Source: Obrimoposthia wandeli (Eukaryota). From it: 64,000 bases of DNA. The notes below the pieces were generated by a model, which saw nothing but the letters and a program-made list of their open reading frames with translations, had not been told where the DNA came from and did no database searches. The position numbers and the translations under genes were made by a program. Numbering within the stretch: position 1 is the first letter of the stretch; each line of letters opens with the position of its first letter. The stretch lies in the NCBI GenBank assembly GCA_977020255.1, contig CDROCS010006770.1, positions 1 to 64,000 on the forward strand, read 5' to 3'. Of the stretch, positions 44,644 to 54,357 are shown piece by piece.

Positions 44644-46335
44644 CTAAAAAAAGCTCAGCAATAAGTAGCCAGCAAGTACTACTACAACCCACATAACCAT
44701 ATTACCTAGTGGGTAATCCCGTGAACCTAGATTTCCCAATCGATTGCTCTTAGCGACTATATAAGTAAGATATATAAAGAGTCTTCGTTTAAAACATTGT
44801 CTTACAAGGCTATCTAATCGCCAAACGACGCTAAATAATTTTTGCAATATACATGGAATAGCACGGCGATAAACCCAATCAAAGTCTAGGTTGGTTGCAC
44901 GAAGCTCTGGAGGATAAAGACCTTTGTCATTGAGCCATACAAACGCTAAAGCGGAGAAAAATAGCAACTGAGTTTGAACTAATACATGGGTTGTATCATA
45001 CGGATTGTAATCTACCTCGAAAGGTAATAAAGCATAGAGGGCTTGTGGATATACACCAATAAAAATACACAGTGCAGCAGATATCGTCATGGCCACTAGC
45101 ATATTGATTGGCGGATCTTTTGCTCTGATCCCCGAGTCCTGTGCGAAAAAAGCAAAATAGGGAATTTTTATCCCCGCGTGGTGAAACACTCCTGCAGAGG
45201 CAAAAAGTAACATAAGCCAAACCCAATCGGCTCCTTCTTGAAGGGCCGCGGCCATCACCATCGACTTACTGACAAAGCCACTAAAGAGGGGAAAAGCTGA
45301 AATCGAGGCAGCGCCAATCATACAGAGGATCGTCGTCTTAGGCATGCTTTTGTACAAACCGCCAAGCTCAGAGCCATTTATACGCCCTGTCATCTTCAAT
45401 ACAGCTCCCATAGACATGAATAGTAAACCCTTAAAAATCACGTCATTAAAAGCGTGAGAGACCGCTCCATTTAGAGCAAGCTCAGTGCCAATACCTATGC
45501 CAACAACCATAAACCCCACTTGGTTCAGTAAACTGTAGGCTAAAACTCGGCGCAAGTCATTCTCAATAACGGCAAAAAAGATCGGAAAACATGCCATAGC
45601 AGCACCAATATATATCAGTTCCTCTGCCCCAGGATATGCACGTACTAAGGCATAAACAGCCACTTTGGTAGTGAATGCACTGAGAAATACAGTACCTGTG
45701 ACTGTTGCTTCAGGATAGGCATCCGTTAACCAATTATGAAAGAGTGGGAATGCACACTTGATACCAAAAGCAATGAAAATAAGCCAGCCTGCAATACTGT
45801 CTAAACCTATATATGTAAATTCTAAACTGTTATTTTCGGCGACGTAAAAAAGACTCCCTATCAGAAAAATCACCCCTGATAAAACTTGGATAATGAGGTA
45901 GCGCATGCCAGCAACATAAGCGCGTCGAGTTCTTCGCGCCCAAATAAGGAACACAGAAGTAAATGCCAACAGCTCCCAGAAAACAAATAAAGTTAACAGA
46001 TCACCCGCGAAAACGGCGCCCAAAGCACTACCTGCGTACAATATTGCAGATACTTGTTGCACCGTATCCCGAAGATGTAGTGCGTAAATAACGCCAATCA
46101 GAGCAGCGATATGGAATATATAACCAAAAAGTAAACTGAGCTTATCGACACGGTGGGGTATCAATTGATAATCCAAGAAAATCATTGGAAAATAGCTACC
46201 CTCAACCATCCCTAAAAGATTAAGTGCGCTACCGATTGGTATCGCTAGCATGATCACAGCGCGCAGAGTACCGCGAGTCACTAATATAAATAAAGCGCCG
46301 ATAAAAAAGAACATGAAGGGTGGGATATCAATCAT
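44644..46335 (-). CDS. Mrp antiporter-like subunit 3 (MrpD/NuoM-type core with a C-terminal extension)
   Basis: FWELLAF (TM5 Glu), GIKCAFP (TM7 Lys), AFTTKVAVY and GFVSK motifs. The ATG overlaps the upstream stop. Confidence 0.85.
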   Translation of the reverse strand: MIDIPPFMFFFIGALFILVTRGTLRAVIMLAIPIGSALNLLGMVEGSYFPMIFLDYQLIPHRVDKLSLLFGYIFHIAALIGVIYALHLRDTVQQVSAILYAGSALGAVFAGDLLTLFVFWELLAFTSVFLIWARRTRRAYVAGMRYLIIQVLSGVIFLIGSLFYVAENNSLEFTYIGLDSIAGWLIFIAFGIKCAFPLFHNWLTDAYPEATVTGTVFLSAFTTKVAVYALVRAYPGAEELIYIGAAMACFPIFFAVIENDLRRVLAYSLLNQVGFMVVGIGIGTELALNGAVSHAFNDVIFKGLLFMSMGAVLKMTGRINGSELGGLYKSMPKTTILCMIGAASISAFPLFSGFVSKSMVMAAALQEGADWVWLMLLFASAGVFHHAGIKIPYFAFFAQDSGIRAKDPPINMLVAMTISAALCIFIGVYPQALYALLPFEVDYNPYDTTHVLVQTQLLFFSALAFVWLNDKGLYPPELRATNLDFDWVYRRAIPCILQKLFSVVWRLDSLVRQCFKRRLFIYLTYIVAKSNRLGNLGSRDYPLGNMVMWVVVVLAGYLLLSFF

Positions 46336-46684
46336 CCACATGACCGCCTCCTCTATCATCGCTGTGGGGCAGGCTTGTCTTTTCTTGCCCTCCAACTGTC
46401 GCTTTATTTTTTGTTATTGTTTGTTCGTCCGTACCTTCGTCATTGTAGTAATCCTCATCTCTGATCAAAAATGATCGTATCCAGCTGGCCAAAATCACTA
46501 GAGCCACACAACTGACAAAACCATAAATGGGGTAAAACGCAGGTAATTTTTCCCAGTCGTGACTAATATGCCGATTGATCAAAAATTCAGCAACAATCAA
46601 TAAAATACAGCAGCCATACAGTGAGTGCAAAACACGTTTTATGTTTTTAGCACTATCAAATATGCCTTTTTTATTATGCTTCAT
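46328..46684 (-). CDS. Small two-TM protein inside the mrp operon
   Basis: ATGA overlap with the upstream stop at 46681-46684. MKHNKKGIFDSAKNIKRVL...WEKLPAFYPIYGFVSCVALVILA...RDEDYY. Confidence 0.7.
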   Translation of the reverse strand: MKHNKKGIFDSAKNIKRVLHSLYGCCILLIVAEFLINRHISHDWEKLPAFYPIYGFVSCVALVILASWIRSFLIRDEDYYNDEGTDEQTITKNKATVGGQEKTSLPHSDDRGGGHVDD

Positions 46685-48210
46685 AATGGATACCCTACCG
46701 TTAATATCGCCTTTGCCAGTACGAGTAAGGAATGGGGATAAACAAATAGCGCTAAACAAACAGATGCGGTTATTACTATGGCGATTAATGAAGGTAAAGG
46801 CGCTTCTTTCAGCGCTGTGCCAGACGTAATTTTTTTCGCAATTATATCTTTACCTACGGATTGGCTGTCCATGTGATTTGATATTGAATTAGGAAAAAAA
46901 GCATAGATCGATATCGGTATTAAATACGCAATATTTAGTAAAGAACTAAGCATTAGAATGATCATTAATAGATACTGCTCAGCTTCTATTGTACCCATCA
47001 GCAAAAACCACTTACTCCAAGTTCCCGCTGCAGGGGGTACTCCAATAATGCTGAGACTGGCAATAAAAAATGCAGTCATTGTCACGGGCATTTGCCAACC
47101 AATACCGCGCATTTCACTTATATTTGATTTATGTAAACGTACTAAAATCACCCCAGCACAAAAAAACAAAGTAATTTTACCAAATGCATGAGTTGCTATA
47201 TGCATAGCACTGCCAATGGTACCTGAAGGCGTCGCTAACAGAGCCCCTATGGTGATGTATCCCAATTGACTAATGGTTGAATACGCCAGTCTTAGTTTTA
47301 AGTTATCTTGACGCATAGCCACTATTGAAGCGATCAACACTGAAGCGCCGACTAAATAGAGTAATAATTGAGTAATGGATAATAGCGACAGTAAATCTAG
47401 GCCAAATATGAAAGTACATACTTGCACTATCGTGAACACACCTGCCTTTACTACTGCTACCGCATGTAACAGTGCACTGACAGGCGTAGGTGCAACCATC
47501 GCAGCGGGTAGCCAGCGATGAAAAGGCATAATAGCGGCTTTACCAATACCCAAAATAAATAATAACAGTAGAATGCTAGCTACGGTTTTATCGATATCTG
47601 CACTAAAAACGCCCCCTGCTGTAAAATCTAAACTTTGGGCAAAAAACCAAGTACCGGCGATAGCGGGTAGAAAAAACAAAATTGAAGTGCCCAGTAATAT
47701 GCCCAGATATACCCTGCCGCTATTTTTTGCCTGTGTAGTACCTGCATGGGTCACCAAAGGATAGGTTGAGAGTGTCAATACTTCATAAAATACGAACAAC
47801 GTAAAGAGATTAGCCGAAAAGGCGATTGCCATGACCGCACCCATCGCGATTGCAAAACAACTGTAAAATCTAGTTTGATTTTTTTCGTGATGACAGCGCA
47901 TATAGCCAATAGCATAACCGCTTGTCACTAGCCAGAGGACACTGGCAACTAACGCAAACAAGATGCCTAGTGATTCAACCTTAAAACTGATAGTTAAGCC
48001 CGGCAATAACTCCCACCAAAAAACGCTAATTTTATGTCCCAAAGAGAATGCGCTATATAGATCGACCACCAGATAGATCAGCATTAAAGCGCTGGAAATA
48101 GTCACCCCTTCTCGAAGGTTAGGTTTTTTCCCTGTAGCGACTACGGCTAAACTCGAGACGAGTGGAATGATAATGGCTAATTGTAATCCCAGCTCGAGTG
48201 AATAGTTCAA
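46681..48210 (-). CDS. Mrp antiporter-like subunit 2 (MrpA/NuoL-type core)
   Basis: FYEVLTL, GKAAIMPFHRWLP and SALLHAVAVVKAG (the His pattern of MrpA/NuoL). Confidence 0.88.
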   Translation of the reverse strand: MNYSLELGLQLAIIIPLVSSLAVVATGKKPNLREGVTISSALMLIYLVVDLYSAFSLGHKISVFWWELLPGLTISFKVESLGILFALVASVLWLVTSGYAIGYMRCHHEKNQTRFYSCFAIAMGAVMAIAFSANLFTLFVFYEVLTLSTYPLVTHAGTTQAKNSGRVYLGILLGTSILFFLPAIAGTWFFAQSLDFTAGGVFSADIDKTVASILLLLFILGIGKAAIMPFHRWLPAAMVAPTPVSALLHAVAVVKAGVFTIVQVCTFIFGLDLLSLLSITQLLLYLVGASVLIASIVAMRQDNLKLRLAYSTISQLGYITIGALLATPSGTIGSAMHIATHAFGKITLFFCAGVILVRLHKSNISEMRGIGWQMPVTMTAFFIASLSIIGVPPAAGTWSKWFLLMGTIEAEQYLLMIILMLSSLLNIAYLIPISIYAFFPNSISNHMDSQSVGKDIIAKKITSGTALKEAPLPSLIAIVITASVCLALFVYPHSLLVLAKAILTVGYPL

Positions 48211-49685
48211 AAGCCGCTACCAAACAAACTTTGCGCCGCCGATTGCGCCAAGTTCACACTCAATCGCGTATCAATTCCAAAATAGATGTTGGCCACTGTG
48301 AGCAGACATAAAGGAATAAGAAAAGGTATAGGCGCTTCTTTAAGGACTGGCGTACCTGTTAGTGCTTCTTTGAAATACGCGATTTCTATCAGACGCCAAA
48401 TATAGATAACAGCTAACAATGAGCTGAGTAACATCATCGCTGCAATAATCCATCTGCCCTGTTCAATTAGGGCCGTCAGTAAATACCATTTACTGACAAA
48501 GCCCGCCGTAAAAGGCACACCAATTAAACTTAAACCACCGATAACTATCGCCGCCATTGTCAGCGGCATTTGGCGACCTAAACCCTGAAAGCTATTTAAC
48601 TGAGCATCACCAACACGCTGCACAACCGCAGCCAAAGCTAAAAATATCGCGCTTTTAATCAAAGCGTGATTAAACAGATGGACTAAGGTTGCTGTTAAGC
48701 CTAGTAATGTATTCATGCTGAAACCTATGATCATGTACCCTATATGGGCGATACTCGAATAGGCGAATAGGCGCTTAACGTTGCTTTGATAGATAGCGGT
48801 AACTGAGGCGATAAAAACACCAACAATCCCCAATACCATAAATAATGTCTGTAATGGGATCGCTGCAAACGAAATAGATAGTCCGAAAACAGAAAAAGTA
48901 AAACGAATCAATAAGTAGACAGCAACTTTCGTTGCTGTTGCAGCCAAGAAAGCTGTGACAATAGAGGGTGCGTATGTATAGGCATTAGGTAACCATAGAT
49001 GCAGCGGAAACAGAGCCAGCTTCAAACACACGCCAACTATAACAAAGACAAATGCAGCTAATAAAGTACGTGTTTGTGCGACCTTGGGTAGACGTTCGAA
49101 GAGATCCTCGATATTCAACGTACCAGTAATCTGGTACATCAAACCGATACCAATCAGAATAAAAGTGGCTCCAATAGTACCCATAATGAGGTATTGATAG
49201 GATGCCCAAAGCGCACGTCTATCTTTGCCTAGCGCGATCAATGCATAAGCAGAGAGTGATGATATCTCCAAGAAAACGAAAATATTAAAGACGTCACCAG
49301 TGGCCACAATTCCCAACATACCGGTGAGTGATAGTAAGTATAAAATATAAAAAAAACAGTGTTTATCTCTAGGTATTTCAGCTTCAATGCTCCGTTGAGC
49401 CGCCAATAACACCAACGTGCTAATGGATGTAATAATCAATAAAAGTAAGCTACTCAGTGCATCGATACGATATTCTATTCCCCAGGGGGCTTCCCAGCCA
49501 CCAAACTCATAACGAACGACACCATAAACGGCTACTTGCTGTAATAACAAAATACTGATCAAACATGTCAGGCCACTGACGATCACAGAAAACTGCCACA
49601 CCAGCTGATCCCGCTTTAACATCAAGCAGATCGGAGCCGCCATCAATGGCAGAATCACTTGCAAGACTGGCAGCTGCGACATCAT
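48207..49685 (-). CDS. mrpD: Na+/H+ antiporter subunit D
   Basis: FNIFVFLEISSL, LKLALFPLHLWLP, ATATKVAVY and GFVSKWYL motifs. Confidence 0.9.
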   Translation of the reverse strand: MMSQLPVLQVILPLMAAPICLMLKRDQLVWQFSVIVSGLTCLISILLLQQVAVYGVVRYEFGGWEAPWGIEYRIDALSSLLLLIITSISTLVLLAAQRSIEAEIPRDKHCFFYILYLLSLTGMLGIVATGDVFNIFVFLEISSLSAYALIALGKDRRALWASYQYLIMGTIGATFILIGIGLMYQITGTLNIEDLFERLPKVAQTRTLLAAFVFVIVGVCLKLALFPLHLWLPNAYTYAPSIVTAFLAATATKVAVYLLIRFTFSVFGLSISFAAIPLQTLFMVLGIVGVFIASVTAIYQSNVKRLFAYSSIAHIGYMIIGFSMNTLLGLTATLVHLFNHALIKSAIFLALAAVVQRVGDAQLNSFQGLGRQMPLTMAAIVIGGLSLIGVPFTAGFVSKWYLLTALIEQGRWIIAAMMLLSSLLAVIYIWRLIEIAYFKEALTGTPVLKEAPIPFLIPLCLLTVANIYFGIDTRLSVNLAQSAAQSLFGSGF

Positions 49686-49714
49686 CCTAGATACCTTCCC
49701 TTTCTCTACTGAGT

Positions 49715-50062
49715 TTACTCGCCATCTTGGCGCTGAATTTCTTGCTCTTCAATACTCCCGTAAGCTTCGTTTAGACGAACAACCAGCGATAACCCCAAAG
49801 CGGTAGTAGATATGCCTACAACGATTGCAGTGAGAATTAATGCATGAGGCAATGGATTAGAATATTGGCGAATACCTTCAGCTAGAATGGGCGCGGTAGC
49901 ACCATCAATATTTGCCATACTAATGTAGTAAATAAAAACAGACGTTTGAAACAGAATCAAACCAACAATTTTCTTGATGAGATTACCCTGAGCAATCACT
50001 ATATAGAGTCCGATCATCATGAGAAAAACAACAATCCAGCTATTAAAAAGTCCGATCAACAT
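49715..50062 (-). CDS. mrpC: Na+/H+ antiporter subunit C
   Basis: NLIKKIVGL and NPLPHALILTAIVVG motifs. Confidence 0.92.
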   Translation of the reverse strand: MLIGLFNSWIVVFLMMIGLYIVIAQGNLIKKIVGLILFQTSVFIYYISMANIDGATAPILAEGIRQYSNPLPHALILTAIVVGISTTALGLSLVVRLNEAYGSIEEQEIQRQDGE

Positions 50063-50067
50063 AGTTT

Positions 50068-51084
50068 TTACTCCTTATCACGGTGCAGCTTATTCTTGCG
50101 CTGTAGCACCTCTCTGCGAGCACAAAAGCTATAAAAGATAATGATCATAACCGAGGCAACCGTACAACCGACACCCCACTCAATTAAAGCGATTCCCATA
50201 TGTTGACCCGTAATGGGGTCATTGGAGAGAACATCGTAATCAAAAAAATTACCGCCACTGAGTAATGTTACCAATCCAACACTGCCATAAAGTAAAACGC
50301 CCGTTGCCGCGATTAACTGGATAACTGATGGGGTGATAAAATTCATAGCGCTCTTTAAACCAAACACCATTGTGTACAAAATAATAGCCGCTGCGAAGAT
50401 AACTCCCGCTTGGAACCCTCCTCCAGGGCCAAAATCACCATGAAATTGAACATAAAGTGCAAACAGTAAAATAAAAGGGAATAAAATTTTAGTCACTATA
50501 CGGATAATAAGATGCTGCTCATGCATTTCCGCAGTACTTGTTGTTCCACTATTACCATTGGAGAATGGATCAGTAGATAGCAGTGCCAATACACTTATAC
50601 CGGCGGTAAAAATCACCACTACTTCACCGAAAGTATCAAAAGCTCTATAGCTTGCAAGCACCGAAGTGACGATGTTCGCTACACCAACTTCTTGCATTGA
50701 ATCATTAATATAACGAGGAGCGACATGGTGGTGGATAGGGGAATCCATCGAGCCAAAAAAGGGTGCATCCGAAGTGGCGTAAAGTAGAAAAATACCCGTG
50801 GTGACCACCACAATTAGTGCATATAAAGGTTTATGTCTTGCCGAGTTCTCACTACGTCCTGTCATCGATAACACGACAAGCATCAATAAGGTTGAAATAC
50901 CCGCCCCTACAGCAGCCTCAGTAAAAGCGACATCAACTGCATCCATAACCACAAAAAGGCTGGCCGACAGCAAACCGTAGATACTTAAGAGCATAGTAAT
51001 TGCAAATAAATCTTGCATGCGGGCGATGGCAATAGCGACCACCATCAATAAGATTAATATAACAATATTAATTAAAGACTCGAT
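50068..51084 (-). CDS. mrpB: DUF4040 plus MnhB fusion (MrpB-type subunit)
   Basis: DVAFTEAAVGAG, YRAFDTFGE and HGDFGPGGGFQAG motifs. The frame is open 12 codons upstream of the ORF-track start, to an ATC just after SD ggggag. Confidence 0.85.
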   Translation of the reverse strand: MESLINIVILILLMVVAIAIARMQDLFAITMLLSIYGLLSASLFVVMDAVDVAFTEAAVGAGISTLLMLVVLSMTGRSENSARHKPLYALIVVVTTGIFLLYATSDAPFFGSMDSPIHHHVAPRYINDSMQEVGVANIVTSVLASYRAFDTFGEVVVIFTAGISVLALLSTDPFSNGNSGTTSTAEMHEQHLIIRIVTKILFPFILLFALYVQFHGDFGPGGGFQAGVIFAAAIILYTMVFGLKSAMNFITPSVIQLIAATGVLLYGSVGLVTLLSGGNFFDYDVLSNDPITGQHMGIALIEWGVGCTVASVMIIIFYSFCARREVLQRKNKLHRDKE

Positions 51085-51102
51085 GTGTGACTCCCCCTGT
51101 TT

Positions 51103-51435
51103 TTACTTTTCTTTACAAGTACTCAGGTTTATCTTCGAAAGTTCTGGCTTCAGTCCATTACGCAAAGCCGCTTTAGCGAGTACATGACTAGTGGTAGGAC
51201 CAATTAAAAAGCTGAGGAACAAGATCATGACCAATTTTGTAAACACTAAAAAATCAGGGCTTATGATCATAAGGCCTAACAAAATAAAAGCTGTGCCTAA
51301 GGTATCAGTAACACCCGCTGCGTGCATTCGGGTATAAAAATCTGGAAAACGAATAAGGCCAATACCTCCAGAGAAACAGACAAAACCACCGATAAACAGG
51401 AAAAATCCGCTGCTAATAACAATGAAAATATCCAC
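51103..51435 (-). CDS. mrpG: Na+/H+ antiporter subunit G
   Basis: GLIRFPDFYTRMHAAGVTDTLG motif. Confidence 0.92.
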   Translation of the reverse strand: MDIFIVISSGFFLFIGGFVCFSGGIGLIRFPDFYTRMHAAGVTDTLGTAFILLGLMIISPDFLVFTKLVMILFLSFLIGPTTSHVLAKAALRNGLKPELSKINLSTCKEK

Positions 51436-51729
51436 TTACAGCTCCTTCTCTATAGTCACTTTATCAGAAGTATTATGTTTAAATTGATGGGAATCAGAGT
51501 AACGTAATATTCCAATAACACTAATAAAGTTTATAAGAGCGTAGACAATGGCGATATCCAAAAAATAAGGGCGGCCCATCATAAAACCCAATAAAGCGAT
51601 CAGCAGCACTGTTTTTGTGCCTAACATATTAGCCGCCAAGATACGGTCGTAAAGCGTAGGCCCTGATAGTGCTCTATATATCGCTAACAACATGGCGAGG
51701 ATAATGGCAAGAGTGGCGGCGATTATCAT
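51436..51729 (-). CDS. mrpF: Na+/H+ antiporter subunit F
   Basis: RALSGPTLYDRILAAN and LDIAIVYALINF motifs. Confidence 0.92.
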   Translation of the reverse strand: MIIAATLAIILAMLLAIYRALSGPTLYDRILAANMLGTKTVLLIALLGFMMGRPYFLDIAIVYALINFISVIGILRYSDSHQFKHNTSDKVTIEKEL

Positions 51730-52202
51730 TAGCGCTCCAACATGCTAACTCGAGCATCCATATAACCAAGCTCTAAATACTCTACACTTTTCTTATCTAA
51801 AGCATGTATTAGAATTTCATCATCCAGCAGGTCAACCGCGACAGTACCCGGCGTCAGAGTAATGGAATTAGCGTATATCACTTTGCCCATATCTGTTTTT
51901 TGACTGATTTTTATTTTCTTGAGTACAGGTGATATTGTTTTGCTGCCGAGCCAAATTTTTTGTAACACAAAGATATTGGCTTGCATCATTTCTTTACTAA
52001 GCCATAATAGGTATGCAAGTAGTTTGGGGGCTAAATAAATAGGCTGAGACTCGTGATCCACTAGATTCATTTTAATGGAAAGCGTTAAAACAAGTAGAAT
52101 AGAAGCACCTGCAAGTAACAAAAAAAGCGCGCTGAAATGCCCTGAATTAAGTAACCAAAATATCCCTAATATTAAAAATAAACTCATGCGATGTCGTTTC
52201 AT
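51729..52202 (-). CDS. mrpE: Na+/H+ antiporter subunit E
   Basis: YANSITLTPGTV...LIHAL motif. Confidence 0.92.
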   Translation of the reverse strand: MKRHRMSLFLILGIFWLLNSGHFSALFLLLAGASILLVLTLSIKMNLVDHESQPIYLAPKLLAYLLWLSKEMMQANIFVLQKIWLGSKTISPVLKKIKISQKTDMGKVIYANSITLTPGTVAVDLLDDEILIHALDKKSVEYLELGYMDARVSMLER

Positions 52203-52500
52203 TTAATGAACCCTCATCTATGACTGTCTCTACCAAACAGATGTATTTTATAATATTAGTGACTGGCTCCTCAGTTATTCACTGAGAACATTTAGGTATA
52301 TGCAGGTACGATCCGCAAGTAACAACATACCTCCAGTGACTTAAGGGCTTTTACCAAAAAACCCCGTGCTGAACCCTTTCGATTAATAAGCCACTAAGTG
52401 ATAAAGCTATGACCATAAGATTCTCTAAAATACTACACGTCTATTAGTGATCATTCTGTTTGGCTCTGCTCTATAACGTCATAGCCTATCGGTCTGTAAG

Positions 52501-53361
52501 CTATATCTCTGGTAGTTTTATGATCAGGCAATCTGTTCGTAAGTGATGCAGTACTTTTTGCGCCGTATTACCACAGAAAAACCGACCAAGCCCGCCATGA
52601 TCAACATACCCTATGATCACTAAATCACTTTTTAGCTCATTCGCTTCGTGCGGTATCGTCTTATCAGGAGGTCCAGCGGTGATGTGACTTGTTATTGAAT
52701 CAAGGTCATACTTTGCCAACAGTTTTTGCATACTTGCTTTTGCCGCAGGCCCTTTTTTTCGTAAAACAGCGTCTTTACTGACAACATCAAATTCCAGTAA
52801 TGGCTTAGCAATTGGGATGCTATAAACAGCGTGCAATGGGTTGTGAGTAACCTGTGATAGCTTATCGCCCCAATGTAATATCGAAGTATTTAGTTGTTGA
52901 TGGCTACTTTCTTCACTTGAGAGGTCCAATGCCAAAAGAATGTTGGCTTTGCTCTTCCATTGGGCATGAGTCGTAATTAAAATTGGGCAGTGTATTTGGC
53001 GCATTAACTGCCAATCACAGGGGGTGTGTAATAATGACTCGCTACGATGACCCGCTTTGATCACCAAATCTACAGATTTTTGGTCGCAATAATGAGCAAC
53101 CCATTCCGCAATATTATCACTGACAATCACATTACTAGTGATGTCAGTTGAATCATCAAATATGCGTTCTATATTCATGGAAAGTGAATTTTTAAGTTGA
53201 TCAACTAGTGGTTTTTGCGGTACTTCGGGGTCCCCGCTAGGTTTGATAAATTGAACAATCTCCAACGTCGGGTCCATTGAGTGTGTAATGTCGCGCGCCT
53301 TTTCCAACGAAAATGAGTCATTGTCTTCAACGTAGGCAATGACTAATACATGCTCCTTCAT
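52501..53361 (-). CDS. Tandem-domain universal stress protein (UspE-like)
   Basis: DLVIKAGH, TPCDWQLMRQIHCPILI and DLVIIG...GNTAQKVL motifs. Confidence 0.85.
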   Translation of the reverse strand: MKEHVLVIAYVEDNDSFSLEKARDITHSMDPTLEIVQFIKPSGDPEVPQKPLVDQLKNSLSMNIERIFDDSTDITSNVIVSDNIAEWVAHYCDQKSVDLVIKAGHRSESLLHTPCDWQLMRQIHCPILITTHAQWKSKANILLALDLSSEESSHQQLNTSILHWGDKLSQVTHNPLHAVYSIPIAKPLLEFDVVSKDAVLRKKGPAAKASMQKLLAKYDLDSITSHITAGPPDKTIPHEANELKSDLVIIGYVDHGGLGRFFCGNTAQKVLHHLRTDCLIIKLPEI

Positions 53362-53659
53362 GATTATCGCTCCTCTGTTACCTTTATATAAAAACATAAT
53401 TTATACCTTGTAAATATAGCATATCCTCCGAAAATAATGACAAAACACAGCAATAATTAAATCCTACCTCCATTAAATACCCGCTAGATTGGTCGCTTAA
53501 ATGACCATAACATAGGATATAACGCTTAATATAGCGTCGTAATAAGCTCTGCATCACTCATTTTCATAAGCTGCTGATTTACTCATATCAACCAATTTAA
53601 ACGGAACAGATTAAGCGAATATTCTTAGAATTTCATCTCACCTTTATGTCTATCGAACT

Positions 53660-54125
53660 ACTGGAAAAATCTTAGCCAATGGGCTTCCTCAAATCTAAGC
53701 CGATTAGATGCTCTGGCATATACCAACAGCTTCTCTGGGGCACCAAATACAAAAGCACGATAAACCTGTCTAGGCGTATCAATTCAAACCGCTTGACAGG
53801 ATCTAGTTGCTATCGATTCTGCTTTTCAGGAATGCTTCCTCGTTTGTCTTCTCGAATCACTCTACCGCTTTGTTCAACGAGCTGCAGGTCATCTAAATAA
53901 TCATATTTAATGGATGTTGGTAACGAATTTTCACTGTTATCCAAGATAGTGAGTACTGCTCCGTTTTACCTTAATATCAATCACTTGTTGCTTATTCAAC
54001 TTATCTCTTCGAGCCTGTATCGATGCTTCAGGTGATTGCGCTATACGCCTGACACAGCGCGCAATGCAGTGATAATAATGTGTATCGACGCTGGATATGA
54101 TCTGTTATGTGTGCAGATTATATTG
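53660..54125 (-). pseudogene. Internally deleted, decayed REP-associated tyrosine (Y1/RAYT) transposase
   Basis: Minus strand reads VDTHYYHCIARCVRR (54045-54090), fused directly to IAQSPEASIQAR, then DYLDDLQLVEQSGRVIREDKRGSIP (53821-53902). These match the N- and C-terminal motifs of long RAYTs, with the HUH/Tyr core missing. Confidence 0.75.
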
Positions 54126-54240
54126 CCTCCCTATCAAAAAGATAAACGCTGACCATTAGTTAATCTCCTAACAATTTACGCCAAGATCAAAAAACTGTAA
54201 GAGAGCCATGACTGTTATTTTAAATAATAGGAAAATATCG

Positions 54241-54271
54241 TTGATCTCAACTTAAGTTGAGGTTTTATCAT
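54241..54271 (+). promoter_or_regulatory. SoxR-type operator/promoter
   Basis: TTGATC-19 nt-TATCAT with the perfect palindrome CTCAACTTAAGTTGAG (54246..54261) in the spacer. This is the same geometry as the soxS promoter (CTCAAGTTAACTTGAG). Confidence 0.8.
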
Positions 54272-54357
54272 ACGCACGTCCCTTAACGCTACAGGTCATG
54301 TGACTAGAATTAACCATCTACCACATCAACGCAGTAAATAAATTTAAGGAAATATTA

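Noticed and set aside
44644-52202. Membrane-bound hydrogenase (Mbh/Ehr) or DAB inorganic-carbon pump
   Set aside because: No NiFe or Fe-S subunits and no DUF2309 (DabA) gene accompany the antiporter-like subunits.
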